A stretch of 53,356 nt of DNA, filler included, from Jimgerdemannia flammicorona (lineage: Eukaryota): NCBI GenBank assembly GCA_003990765.1. It is 3 parts of 3 records of this genome, joined end to end, with 100 filler letters (N's around TTAATTAATTAA, not from the genome) between each part and the next. Parts side by side here need not be neighbours in the genome. Positions count along the whole stretch, not along the records: positions 17,823 to 35,543 come from RBNJ01002441.1; positions 35,644 to 53,356 come from RBNJ01002442.1; 1 more part is not named here. The stretch is one strand, 5' to 3'. The translations under genes and the position numbers were made by a program. The notes beneath the pieces were generated by a model that was not told the DNA's origin, did not search any database, and saw nothing but the letters and a program-made list of their open reading frames with translations. The stretch's first letter is position 1, and every line of letters starts with the position of its first letter. Shown here one piece after another: positions 23,281 through 36,207 of the stretch.

Positions 23281-26200
23281 GTTACTTGGACTCCGCCATT
23301 TATTACCCATCTATTAATAAAGTTATAGTTTATCCTCTCACTATCTGATCCCCATAGGAGTACCACTCCTCCTACTTACACAAACAAAGACCACTTTCTC
23401 ACCCACAACCCCAACCCTCCCCCCACTCTGTCTACAGATTTGTTCTACCAAATGATGCCTTCGACCCCCCTTCAACCCCCAACCAAGCCACCAGCCCATC
23501 AAGGTGTCTTCCATAAGGCTATGCCATCTCATCAGCCTGACCTCGGAGCCAAGTTTCCTCTCATCCTCAAAAACAAATAACTAGTGACTGGCCAGCCCCA
23601 CCCAAATGGCCAAAGCCCATCCTAATATCAGCCATTCCTTCCTCACCCCCCCCTCCAGTCTGCCCCTTAAATCCTCCCAATGCTCCCACACATCAGCTCC
23701 CCTACACACTACTCCCAGATGATCCCAAATGTTCTGCCAAAAGGTACTAAGAACCTCACACTCTCCTAGCCAATGTTCAGACATCTGTACATATCCCCCT
23801 TCCTGCCCTACATTATAACACTCTTTACAGTCAAAGCAGCCTCCCTCAATAAGGTGACCGGAGCAGAAGTTGAGCATGACATTTCACCTCAGCACATGCC
23901 ACCAGACCACCCAGTACTTCAGTGGCAACCACCTCCTCACCTTGGCACTCCAGGCCCATATGCTATACCAGTCCCACTCCTTGCTGATTCCTACACCCTG
24001 CCAACTGCTAGGCCACAGATCCTGGCCTGGTCCCTATTGGCATTCAATCCCATCACCAATATCAAACTCAAGTAAGGGAATGCCACCTAGTAACACTCAG
24101 TCCCATCTCCACATTGCTAGGTCCCAAGCCTTCTCTCCTTCATTTCCCTGCCACCTAATTCCAATGTGACGTGCCCCCTCTGCCACTCTCTACCAAAAGC
24201 CTTTGTACTGTAACTGTCCAGAGTTCTGAAGGCCCACAAGTGCTAGGAGATCACTCATCAAACCCCTTGGAGAGGACCTCATCTCCCAGACTTTCTGCAG
24301 TAGGGGAACCCAATCACCCCCTCTCAACTCCACTGCTCTCTTCAGCTATGAAGCTCTCAAGCAGTGCAGCCTCTTAGGAAAGTTGACCAGCCCAAGTCCC
24401 CCACTTGCCACCAGTAAGGACAGGACCTCCCAGTTGATCTGACTCTGCCTTCCAGCCCAGATCCACCCCTTGGCCAACTTCATCAATCACTTCACCACCC
24501 AAGCTGGGAAGTCCAGATGATAAGCCAGATACCACACCTTCGGCAGCCAATAGACATTCAGAATTGAAATGCATCCTACCAGAGACAATTGATGGCCCCC
24601 CCAACTCCACAGGGTCTCCTCCCAAATGCCAACCTATTGCTCCCACCAAAGTCTGGGCAGAACCGACCTATATACTGACAGATAGATACCCAAGTACCAT
24701 ACCACCTCACCAGCAGGGACAATTGCACCAATAATCTCCCTGCCCACTGGACCATTGTCTAACACCATTGTTTTGCACTTATGCCAATTAAGCCTAGCCT
24801 CAGAATTCATCTCATACCACTCCACTGTCTCCTTGAGCTTCTCAACATCTGCAACTGATCCCAGACTGACCGCTATGTCATCTGCAAATGCCCCTACTTT
24901 CCACAAGATGCCAAAGATAGAGAGCCCCACTATCTTCTGCCTGTTTCCATCCATGAAGGGCTCCAGAGACAAAGCATACAAAATGGGAGACAGTGGGTCC
25001 CCCTGGGGCACCCCCCTGTCCAGGAGAAATGCTACCTCTTTATGTCCATTACACATGAGTGCCACCCTACTTCCTTCTAGTAGGCTGACCATAGCAGTCC
25101 TGAACTGTCATGGGACTCCAATCTTATCCAAAACTTTCGCCAACCAGATCTGTCACACTTGGTCATAGGCCTTCTCCTGGTCCAAAGCACCCCTTCAATA
25201 ACACCATGTACCCATGCTATGCCATCCCTGATGAGCCAGCTCCAACAAAGCCCCACTGCTCCTCACCTAAGACTTTCTGGGCCACATTTTGCAACCTTGC
25301 GACCACCACTTTGGTAACCAACTTTCGGTCCATATCCAGTAGCATAATTGGCCTCCAGTTCTTCCAGTCCTCTTGGCTTCCTTTGTTCTTATAAAGCAAT
25401 CTCCCCATCTGTAGAATCCAATCACACAGTGCCATCATCTCTCCCACTATTCCAGGGACTCCCACCATCCTTTTCCAGAAGTCCCAGGGCAGACCATCCT
25501 CTCCAGGTACCATACCCAAGGTTGTTGTGGCAAGAACCTGGTAGATCTCCTCCTCTAGCACTGGTGGTACTAAGTCATCCAACCCAGCTGCTCAGGTAGG
25601 GTGCCAATCCTCTAAAGCTCAATCAATGTCCTCAGCACCTGCCCCACCCTCCTCCTCACTCCACAATCCACTCTAATGCTCTTTAACAATTCAAGAATAT
25701 CTTGTACCCCATGTACCAATGAACCATTGGCATTAAGCACCCCCTCCCACCTTTGCTGCACTCTTCTCGCCTGAAGGGCCCTTGTAAGAAACTTTGAGGG
25801 TTGCTCTCCTTCCTCCAGCCCCTGCCAACGAAGCTGTGCTGCCAGACCCTGGACCCTTGCCTCTTCCTCATTCCACAGCACCTGTTGTAGTTCAGCCACC
25901 TCTATTCATAACCTTATCAATCGCCAGTCCTTCTCTCCCTCCAATATCACCAGTCTTGCCCAGTCCTCCAAGAGTCTAGATAGTCTATGAGATGCCCACC
26001 ACACCTGCCACCTCCTCTGTCTCCCTGCCTCCATAACAGCCTCACTCCAGAAGGCCCTGGCCATCTCCTTCATTCTCATCCACTGAATATCAACTGTGAC
26101 ACCTTCCTGCCTCCAGTACTCCACCTGCATTTGAATGACTTTGGCCCATTTACCTCACCAAATCTTATCATCTAGTAGGGAGGAATTGAGATGCCAATGT

Positions 26201-29036
26201 CCAGGCCCATCCCCACTCCCCCCAAAATGTCCCTGTCCCAAAAGCCCCCAATGATCTGACCAAGGACACCATTCCACCTCTAGTGACTTCCAAACATCCA
26301 GGCCCCAGCAGCTGGCTGTCAGAATCCAATCAATCCTCATCCCCAGGCCCCTGGCCCAGTGTGTGTACACCCTCCTATTCCCCCAACATTCTCTACCCAC
26401 ATCCACCAGAGCACTAAGTCTTTCCACTTTCTCCCATGCCACCAGTCCTCTACTCTGACCCACAGCACCTTGTCCTCTATCAGTTCTATCTCTCAATATG
26501 TCTCGGACCATATTGAAGTCCCTGCCAAGCACATCTACCCCAACCTCTGCAAGAATTCCACTCTCCTGTAGGCCTGTCACCCAATTCACCCACTTGCCTC
26601 ATACCGCAGGGCAGTAACAGGAGCCCACCATGACTGGCTCCCAACCTGCATATATCTACTCTCGCCAGACCAATCTATCCCCCAGCTCTACACATCCTGT
26701 ATCTCCCCTCTACCCTTCCACACCAGAATTCCAACCTCGCCCTTCCAAACTGCCTCACCTCCCCACTCCTTCATCCATTCCAGTCTATCCAAGTCATCCT
26801 CACACCTGACATCCTGCAAGAGGAAGAGATCAGCCTCCAATCCCTTCAGCTAAGTCAAAATGTTCTTACATCAATAAGTATCCTGTAACCCATTCACATT
26901 CAAAGAAAAATGTTGGTAGTACTATTCATAAGAGAAATTATATAGTTTCAGATGCATCCTCTACTGCTCCATGTCCACTTCCTCCTATGCTCTATCCAGG
27001 TTGTGCTCAGCAATAGCTTCTGCTTCCTCGGTCCTCTTAGTCTCCAATTTAGCCAGGATTCAGCCAACTCCCCATCCTCTTTTTCCTCAAACTCCTCATG
27101 ATACTCCAAACAAGCCTCTTGCCAGAAATGCAGTCTATGCCTCTTAGTCCAACAGTGGGCAGCCCGCTCACCTGCCACAACTGCCAGAGCAGCTTCCCTC
27201 TCCTTATTTACCTCATACCCCTCCTCCTCCAAGTATACCACCAGAATTTCTGCCTTCAATGCTGCCACCACTCCATCGCCTTGCAGGATCCTTGCCCAAT
27301 GCTCATCGCTCATCACTCAGGGGTCAACTTTCCCCAGCTCTTCTGCTGCCAAGTTGTTCATCATTTGGCATACCCAGAGCAAGTTTCTCACCTCCTTCCC
27401 TCCTAGGGTCGCTGGCCTCCCTCCATCCAACATCATAGTATCAGCCCCTATACTTGCCGACTTATTCCATCCCTCCTCTGGGACATCCACCAATTCCTCT
27501 TCCCCAGTCGCCTCTACCAATCCCCCCTTCTCCACATTTGGGACTCCAAAGTGTACCTGCTGAGCACCGTGCATTGGCACATCCTCCATCACTCTACCTC
27601 TCACTGCCAGACCCCTTCTGATAAGGGGGGAGGGTGAAGGTAAATCCTCCCAGATTTTCTCCTAAACCTCCAGTGTGCCATCTTCATATGGATTCTTGCT
27701 TGGCACTTCCATGGTCTCCACCTGCCCCCCCTCCTCATTCCTTCCACTACTCACAGCCCAGACACTCACCTCAGCACCTCCAGTGGTTGCACTATCACTT
27801 GCCTTCCTCATCGCCTTCGCCCCCATTTTCACCAATAATTCCCTCTGCCTTCTGCACCCTTGGGACCTCTCCCACACCTCCTTATTGATGTAGACTCACT
27901 TTCCTCCAACCACCTCAAGATGTGTTACCTTCTCGAATACCTTCCATGCTTTCACCCTCCTCTCAACTGCCCTACTCAACTTCTCCAGCACTTCTAGCAA
28001 ATCCTCCTCCTCCTCCTTGCTCCCCTTTACTCTCATCACCTTGTACAAGATAGCCCCTCACACTATCACTGAGGGCCAGTCCCAAGCCTTCCCAGTAGCC
28101 TCCCGCCCAGCCAGCCAAATCCTGATGTCAACATCCCCTATCTGGAGGGAGGTTCCTTCCCATACTCTGAACCCAATATCGACTACCTCCCCATACTCTG
28201 CCATAATCTCCTTGACTCTCTTCCTTGTCTCTACAGTAGTAATAGTGGGAACTCCTTTCACCAGAAGCTGCATTACTCTTGGGTCCCACTGCAGGCATCT
28301 CACCATCAGTATGCACACCTTACCAACTTTCATCTCAGCCTTCAAAGCCTCTAGTGGCCCAGCCTCCTCGAATCCCACCTCCACCCCTTCTAGGCCCTTC
28401 AGGAACTTAACAGATACTGCACCACTCATCTGCTTCATGATTAGCCCCAGAACCATTTTTGCCATCACTGCTAAGCCCCAGAAACACACCATGACTACAA
28501 ATTCCAAGATCGACTTCTTGAGTAATGAAGCCACTGCCAGTCCCATTACACCATCTGCTAGGTCCCTGGGCCTCATGCCCTTCCCACTGCTTGGCTCACC
28601 ATCAGCAGTCCTATCTAGATTTTTTTCCAGATTGCCCATCACACCCCCATCAGCAGTCCCTGCCTCAGCCGCTACCCCCCCAGCTTCACCCCTATGGCCC
28701 TCCAGAGAGATACCCCCATGAGGTTGCTGCCTGATAGCCCTCACTGGTACCTTCCCCCCCCTGAGCCAGCTCTCCAACCTTCTCTGCAAAGCTCACCCTG
28801 TCAGACCCTTGACCTCCAGCTCCACCCCCTTCTCCACCATGTCCTCCCACCAGCAGGCCCCTCATACTTCCCCCCTAGCCAGAACCTCTTCCCACTTGCT
28901 GCCAATCAAATGCTCCAGAGCCACCCTGCCCAGTACGCACCTCAGGATGCTTTTGGTTGCCATGATACTAGTAGCTTGTCTCCAGAAACTGTGTCAAAAG
29001 TGTTGCCAAAAGATTTTGTAACCTGAATGTTACTGG
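23250..29036 (-). mobile_element. Full-length decayed L1/Tx1-like LINE (subfamily A): ORF1 about 28963-26948, ORF2 (APE, RT, zf) about 26929-23330, (TA)n 3' tail
   Basis: 5' end CCAGTAACATTCAGGTTACA shared with other copies; APE motifs DFN, RIDW, WSDH; RT WRPIMLL, GVPQGDPLSPILY, VGAFADD; CxxC..EHWLGEC; AATAAA and (TA)n at the 3' end. Confidence 0.92.
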
Positions 29037-29869
29037 AGAAAGGTTGGCTGAGTAATGTCTATATATTAACAGTGAAGGACATTTGACCTAGTATATTCTA
29101 TTTTGATTAATTTAAAATATTTGAATTGGTATTTAAAGTTAAATATTAAATCTTATCTATAGTATAATTTTGATAGTATTATGATTTCTTTAAAAGGCCA
29201 GTTTAATTTTACTTTAGAGTTCCAGTAGAAGGAATAGTAATGTTCTATTTCAGAAGGCAAAAAAGATCTCTCAGCTCTAAATTCTCAATAACTGTGAAAG
29301 GCTAGCTATTATAGATAATATAGTAAATAAGCATATCTTGAAATAATTTCATCGAAATTCTTGGCTATTTAATATATCAAATAGTAATAAATTAATAAGA
29401 AAAAAAAAACAAAAAACAAAAAACAAAAGAAGCAAATAAATAATATAAAAATCATACTTTTGAGGAAAATAATTCTAATGCTCCTGCTTGATATCTTTTG
29501 TAAAATTTGTCTAGATTTACCAGTAGATTTATTATAGAGCCACCAATAAACTTATATATCATTTTACATTAATTACCTTTGACTCTTCTAATGTCTCTAT
29601 TCTCTGTATACTCTTTTGTAAACTTTTTTCAAATGCTAGAGCATTCTTTTGCTTTTACTTTTCCTTTCTTAGACTATTGTATTGAGAACTTACTTATAAT
29701 AGCTATACTTATTAAAGTTGTACCTAATACTGAAGATATTATAATAGTATCTACCATAAGTTGTACTGTAGAAAATATATCTGATCTACTTGATTGAGAT
29801 ATACTTGATTGTATATATATATTATTATTATGAGTTATATTATATATGAGTTTTAAATTATCATATTTA

Positions 29870-30171
29870 GTTTTGAATTAAACTTTAGATCAAATTTTGA
29901 ATTCAATTCAAATTATAACTTGATTTTATTTGATTCAATTTGTAGTCAAGAGTCTTGACAAGATAAATCCAGTATAATAAAGATTATTAAATTTGAATGT
30001 TTTCATCAAGTTATTGAATTTTAAAAATTTAGATTTAAATTGAAATTCAAATCAAATTAGACCTTGATTTGAATTAAATTGAATTGAATTAGGCCTCAAT
30101 TCAATTTAAAGATTTCAAATTAAATTAAATTTAAATCTAATTTAATTTAATTCGATTTGTTGAGAGTACTA
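29870..30171. mobile_element. CpG-decayed terminus of a hAT-like element related to 35644-35895
   Basis: TTGAATT/TTCAAAT repeats, shared TTCATCAAGTTATTGA, and end GAGTACTA resembling GAGCACTA at 35895. Confidence 0.5.
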
Positions 30172-30354
30172 ATTATCAGTCTTAGGTTCTTCATCATCTA
30201 ATCAGGTGACAATCTTGTTGATAGTATAGTTCATATTCTCAAAGACTCCAGAAAGATGATTGATATAGAATTGAAGTTTTTTATTAGGTGATGTCATTTT
30301 TAGGGGTTTAATTTGTTTTTTATTATTATTAAATCTAGCTTATTAATATATATT

Positions 30355-30995
30355 TTACCTATACTTGTTATAATGTCTGAAGCTCTCAGCTTATGCTTAT
30401 TGCTTATAGACTTGTGAGCTTATACTTATTACAATATTCAAAGCTCTCAGCTTATACTTGTTGCTTACAAAATCATAGACTTATGCTTGTTGCAATATTT
30501 GAAACTCTTGTCTTATGATTATTGCTTATAGGATTGTGAGCTTATAGGCTTTTATTACTTATGGAATTGTGGGCTTATAGGTTTTTATTTCTCATAGAAA
30601 TGTTGGCTTGCACTTATTGCAATATTTGAAGCTCTTGGGTTATGCTTTTTGCTTACAGGATTGCAAACTTGTACTTATTACAATATTCAAAGCCCTTGGC
30701 TTATACTTTTTGTTTACAGGATTGTGGGCTTGTACCTATTGTAATATTTGAGACTTGTGGCTTATACTTATTGCTTATAGAGTTGTGGGCTTATACTTGT
30801 TACAATATTCAAAGCTCTTGGCTTATACTTATTACTTGCAGAATTGTGGGCTTATGGGCTTTAATTGCTTATGAGATTGAAGCCTTGCACTTGTTGCAAT
30901 ATTTGAAGCTCTCAGCTTAAGCTTGTTGCAATATTCAAAGCTCTAAGCTTATACTTATTGCTCATAGAATTGTGAGTTGTAAGCTTAAAACTTGC
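30355..30995 (+). repeat. Tandem array of alternating about 30-bp units
   Basis: CTTATACTTGTTGCAATATTCAAAGCTCTTGG alternating with CTTATACTTATTGCTTATAGGATTGTGGG. Confidence 0.85.
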
Positions 30996-31279
30996 AAGTA
31001 TAAGAATTTAAATATAGTGAGTAAGTATATATAATGTAAATTCTTAAGCTTTGAATATATTTGAAATTCTATATATTATACAATTTATGCTACTTATCAT
31101 CTATCTCTAGTGCTTCTAGGTCTATACAATGATATATCACTTATTTCATCAGGGCTAGAAATGATAAAAATTATATCCAAATATAACAATTAGATATATA
31201 TTCAGAAATTATATTCAGATATAGTGTATCTATAAGTGCTGGATCATGCTAGCATAATATGATACCTGAGTACTATATT

Positions 31280-31470
31280 TATTTAGTATTTCAAAATTTA
31301 ACTACTTTTTGAAATTTGGAATCAACTATTGTTATTGGAATACTAGACTAATCACCATATCTTTAAATATATATATTTGTGAATGATTTAAGGGTCTAAA
31401 GCACCTCTTTTAGCTACTACAAGATATTTACTACTTTAAAAAACTCTCTCAATTAGAGTAATTATCATTC
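31280..31470 (-). pseudogene. hAT transposase C-terminal fragment cut by a LINE
   Basis: GGTCTAAAGCACCTCTTTT...AAAAAACTCTCT parallels 21569-21627. Confidence 0.55.
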
Positions 31471-31475
31471 TTCCT

Positions 31476-33190
31476 CTAGTAATTTTCTGGTTATAAAACT
31501 TTCTGACAATACTTACAATACTATTTTTGGAGAAACAATACTAGTATCATGGTGACCAATAAGCATTCTTAGGTGTGTACTGGGCAGGATAGCTCTGGTG
31601 CATTTAACTGATAGTATGTGGGGAGGGGCCCCAGCTTGAGGGGAAGTATGAGGGGCCTGCTGGCAGGAGAACATAGTAGGAGAGGGGGTGGTACTGGAGG
31701 CCAAGAGACAGGAAGAGCAAGCTTCATGGAGAAGATGAAGGGGGGTCAGTAGGGAGCTGGACTGAAGAGTTGGCTAAGGGGGGGAAGGCAATAGCAAAGG
31801 CTACAGAGCAGAGGCCTCAAGGGGGAGCTCCTCTGAGGGGCCAGAGTAGTGGGGCTGGTGGTGTAGTGGCTGAGGGGATGACTGCTGATGGGAGTGTAAT
31901 GGGTGATCTGGAAAAAAATCTAAATGGAACTGCTGATGGTAGACCAAGTAGTGAGAAAGGCATAAGGCCTAGGGATCTGGCTGATGGTATAATGGGACTA
32001 GTAGTGGCACTATTACTCAAGAAGTCAATCTTGGAATTTGTAGTCACCCTATACTTCAGAGGCTTGGCAATGATGACAAAAATAGTTCTGGGGCTGATTG
32101 CAAAGCAGATGGAAGGCATGGCATCTGTTAAGTTCTTGAAGAGCCTAGAAGGGATCGAGGTGGGCTTTGAGGAGACAGGGCTGCTGGAGGAGGCACTGAA
32201 GGCTGGGTTGATGGTTGAGGAGATATATATGTGTCCCAATAGCATAGTGCTTGAGATGGGACCCCAGGGTAGTATAGCTCCTGGTGAAGAGAGTGTCTAT
32301 AGTGAAAGCTGTAGAGATGAGGAGGAGAGTAGAGGAGGTCATGACTGAGTATAGGGAGGTGGTTGATATAGGGTTTAGGGTCTGGGAAGAGACCACCTTC
32401 CAGATAGGGGATGTTGATATCTGGATTTGACTGGCAGGGAGAGAGACTACTGACAAGGTATGTGATTGGCCTTCAGTGATGATTTGGGGAGCCTTTGTGT
32501 ACAAGGTAACAAGGGTAAAGGAGAGTAAGGAGGAGGAGGAGGATCTATTGGAGGCTCTGGAAGAGCTGAGTGATGCAGTAAAGCAGATGACAAAGGCTTG
32601 GAAGGTGTATGTGGAGTTGATACACTTGGAGATTTTTAGTGGGAGGTAAGTCCATATTGACAAGAGACTGTGGGAGAGGATTCAAGATCACAGGAGACAG
32701 AGGGAGTTGCTGGTGAGTCTGAAGATAAAGAAGACAAGGGCTGCTGATGGAAGCAAAGATACTGGGGGAGCTTTGGTGAGTGTCTGGGCTGGGGGGCAAG
32801 GGAAGAATGTGAAGGTGGGTCTGGAGGAGGCCAGAAAGACACTAAGCAAGAACCCATATAAGAATGGTACATTTGAAGTCTGGGAGTAGTCTTCTATACC
32901 CACCCCTCTTATTAGACAGAGACTGGCTGTGAGGGGCTGCATGGTGGAGGATGTGCCCATACATGAGATCCAGCAGGTGCACTTTGGGATTCCCGAGGTA
33001 GCAAAAGGTGGACAAGTGATGGTAGTTGGTGAGGAGGAACTGGTGTATGTCCTGGAGAAGGGGCAGAATAAGGCTGCAAGTGTTAGAGAGGATATCTCAA
33101 TGCTGAGTAGAGGTTGGCCTGTGAGCCATAGGGGGAAGAAAGTGGGGAATCTACTGTGGATGTGCCATATGATGAACAATCTTATAGCTC
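31476..33190 (+). mobile_element. LINE subfamily A 5' part (ORF1 relic), interrupted by a subfamily B LINE
   Basis: Decayed 5' end CTAGTAATTTTCTGGTTATA; PRDLADG..LLKKSILEFVV; collinear with the minus-strand copy up to MMNNL. Confidence 0.88.
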
Positions 33191-33203
33191 AAAAACCCTC
33201 TCA

Positions 33204-35543
33204 CCGGTAACTTTCAGGTGACACAAGATTTGGACAACACTTTCCGCGAAGTTTTTGGTGAAAAGCTACTATCAACATGGCGAGCAACGAGCATACTGGT
33301 GGGCAGGTCGGCCAGGGGGGCAGCTGGGCCTTCGACTGGCAGCAGGTTGGGAGGAAACGAGGAGATGGTTTGGGGATGCCAGGGCCGTCTGTGGTGGGCG
33401 GTGGCACTGGAGGAGGAGGGAGAGGCGGACTGAGGCAGAGAGGTGGGGGGAGGGCGACCTTTGCTGACAAGGTCAGGACGGGGAAGATGGCCGCAGGGCT
33501 GGATGGTTGGTTGGGACTGGGGAAGGCGATGCCGGGTTCAGTAGGGGGGCAGGGAGGACCCCCCATGGGAGCCTCAGGCAGTGTGGGGGGAGGGGGAGTA
33601 GGGGTTGGAGATGTGACTGCTGATGGGGCTGTGACGGGGAATCTGGAAAAAAATCCAGATGTGACGGTGGTTGGCGGATCCAGTCAGAAGGAGGGCACGA
33701 GGCCCAGGGACCTGGCTGATGGCGTGACTGGCATGGTGTCGGCACCATTACTCAAAAAGTTGAGGTCAGAATTCGCGGTCACATTGTGTTTCCGAGGCTT
33801 GGCGGTGACTGCGAGGATGATCCTGGGGCTGGTGGCGCAGGAGGTGAAGGGGGCAGCTACGGTCAAGTTCATGAAGGGGAAGGAAGGGATTGAGGTTGGG
33901 TTTGAAGAAGAGGTGTCAATGCTGGAGGCTATGGAGAGAGGGGTAGTAGTGGGTAGAGTGGTAGTTCCTATGGCGAGGTGCATGTGCTGGGACCCGAGAG
34001 TGGTGCAGTTGACGGTGCTGGATCTTCCTACGGTGTCGCGGGAGAAGGCTAGGGAGTTGATTGTGGAGGTGGTGAAGGATTATGGGGATGTCATTGATAT
34101 CGGGTTCAAAGTCTGGGAGGGTACGGAACTTAGGACTGGCGACGTTGATGTCAGAGTGTGCTTGTTTGGTCGGGAGAACACGGGGAAGGCGAGGGACTGG
34201 CCGGCGACGCTGAAGTGGGGACCAGTGGAGTGCAGGGTCTCTCGGGTGAAAGGGACGCTAGAGGAAGAGGAGGATTTGCTGGAGGCTCTTGAGGATCTGA
34301 CGGGAGCTGTCAAGAGGAGGCGATTGGCTTGGAAGGAGTATGAGGCCAAGACGGTGGTGGAAATTGTAGAAGGGAAGAAGATCAGGATGGATCAAGGAGC
34401 TTGGGAGAAGATGCAGGGGAGGCGTATCCAGAAGGAGCTGCTGGAGAAATTGGGAGGCGGCGTGGTGGAAGGTGGAAAGGGAGGAAGTGGCATTGGATCG
34501 AGGGAAAGTGACTGGGCTGGGGAGCCCAGAGTGGATCAAAGGGTGGCCCAAGAGGTCTGTGGGGAAGGAGGGCAGGGCGGTATGGTGGAGGATGCTGAGA
34601 TGAGCGTAGAAGTACAGCCACAGTACGGGGTCCCGGGAGGAGTCGGAGGTGAGGAGGAGCTTCTTGATGTCCTGGAGGAGGAGTGGGATGAGTCAGGAAG
34701 GAGGATCGCAGTGGTGGACCCAGTGGTTGGGGGGGAAGGGAGTGCCCAGGGTGCCGAGGCAGTGGTGGAGGAGGAGAAGTAGCTGTGGAAGACTCTGGAA
34801 GGGGTGGCAGCTGAGGAGCTGGGAGGTGAGGACTTCTGGGTTATGAGTGATAGGCACTGGGAGGAAATTCTGCGTGGTGAGGAGGTGCCACAGAAGGTCC
34901 GGAATGAAATTCTGGCGGTGCTCCTGGAGTCGGTGGAGTATCAAGTCGATGATCAGCAAGAGGAGGAACTCCGAGTGATTGCGAATGATCGAGCAGCTTA
35001 CCTGTGGAACTCGAAGAAAGGGTTGGAGAAGTGGGGAGTAGTGTGCAGGGAGTATCGGACCGAATTCGAAGTAGTGGATGGAGCAGAGTGCCAGGAAATC
35101 TTGGAGGCGCTGGATGTGCAGGAGGTGATGGAGGACGAGTTGGAGGCTGAGCGGCGCCTGGATATGGAGGGAGACAGGAGGAGCATGGAGTTCTAGATTG
35201 TGATATCCCTACCAACATTATTCAATATGAACAGTATAACTAGAATCTTTTCTTTGAACGTCAATGGGCTAAGGGGGGCAAAACGGCGTAGAAACATTTT
35301 TAGCTGGTTGAAGGGTCTGGAGGCAGATCTCTTCCTATTGCAGGATGTGCGGTATGAGCCAGATGTGGACCTATTGGACTGGACTCGGGAATGGGGTGGG
35401 GTGGCTATTTGGATAAGGCAGGTGGGCATCCTGGTTAGAAAAGGGATGGGGGACATTGGGGACGATGGACATTGGGGGAGTAGGCTGGTGTGGGGAGTGT
35501 GGAGGAGGCCTGGTTGGAATGCTTTGACTGTTGGGTCGTGCTA
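33204..35543 (+). mobile_element. Youngest LINE copy (subfamily B): 5' UTR, ORF1 and start of ORF2, truncated by the gap
   Basis: 5' end CCGGTAACTTTCAGGTGACA; many CpGs retained; ORF2 from 35227 MNSITRIFSLNVNGLRG..DLFLLQDVR (APE endonuclease). Confidence 0.92.
33277..35196 (+). pseudogene. LINE ORF1 (about 639 codons, one premature TAG at 34780-34782)
   Basis: Track ORFs 33277-34782 and 34804-35196 are in frame; the paralog at 45867 has TGG at the stop position. Gly-rich N-terminus, RRM-like DLP...YGDVIDIGFKVWEGTELRTGDVDV, acidic C-terminus, no CCHC knuckle seen. Confidence 0.85.
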
Positions 35544-35643
35544 NNNNNNNNNNNNNNNNNNNNNNNNNNNNNNNNNNNNNNNNNNNNTTAATTAATTAAN
35601 NNNNNNNNNNNNNNNNNNNNNNNNNNNNNNNNNNNNNNNNNNN
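35544..35643. other. Assembly gap with artificial TTAATTAATTAA linker
   Basis: Same construct as 17723-17822. Confidence 0.97.
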
Positions 35644-35895
35644 GAAAGGCCTTATTAAGGGCTTTCAAATGACACCAAGATCATCAAATTTGGATGATTA
35701 TTCATCAAGTTATTGATGTAAACATTTAATTGTCTAATTTGGAAATCAAAACAATGGTTGATTCGAATCCGATTCGAATCCGATTCGAATTCGATTCGAA
35801 TCCATCCGGATGGGATTCGAATCCAATTCGAATCTGATTCGAATCCAATTCGAATCCATCCGAATCCCATCCGGATTGACTCGTTCGGAGCACTA
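35644..35895. mobile_element. Terminus of a young hAT-like DNA element with ATTCGAATC subterminal repeats
   Basis: Dense (G)ATTCGAATC(C) array 35758-35865 with intact CpGs; ends GAGCACTA (TAGTG on the other strand) and abruptly truncates an LTR. Confidence 0.6.
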
Positions 35896-36207
35896 TATGT
35901 GGCTAACTATAGATTTACTACTTCTGGTAATGCTTGGATGTGTCCTCTGGGTACAGGTGTATCCACAGGACATGAGTGTGTCCGCAGGACATGAGTGTGT
36001 CTGCAGGACATGAGTGTGTTCGCAGGACATGAGTGTGTCTTCAGGACACAGGTAAACAATTCTGATCTGGTGTCTTGGCTAATTATAAGTGTGGCAGGCA
36101 TGGGTAACTATGATACACTGGAAGTTACATCATGCTGAGTAAGTATGCTAATTGTTCACGTCATCTGGCTAAGTTATGATTCGGGTAGTATGTTTTGGTC
36201 TGCTACA
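35896..36207 (-). mobile_element. LTR fragment related to the 18668-20033 LTR, inserted in the chromovirus 5' LTR; contains a 19-bp tandem repeat (35966-36048)
   Basis: Minus-strand TGTAGC...CCCGAATCATAACTTAGCCAGATGACGTGAACA parallels 18668 onward; CAGGACATGAGTGTGT x4. Confidence 0.78.
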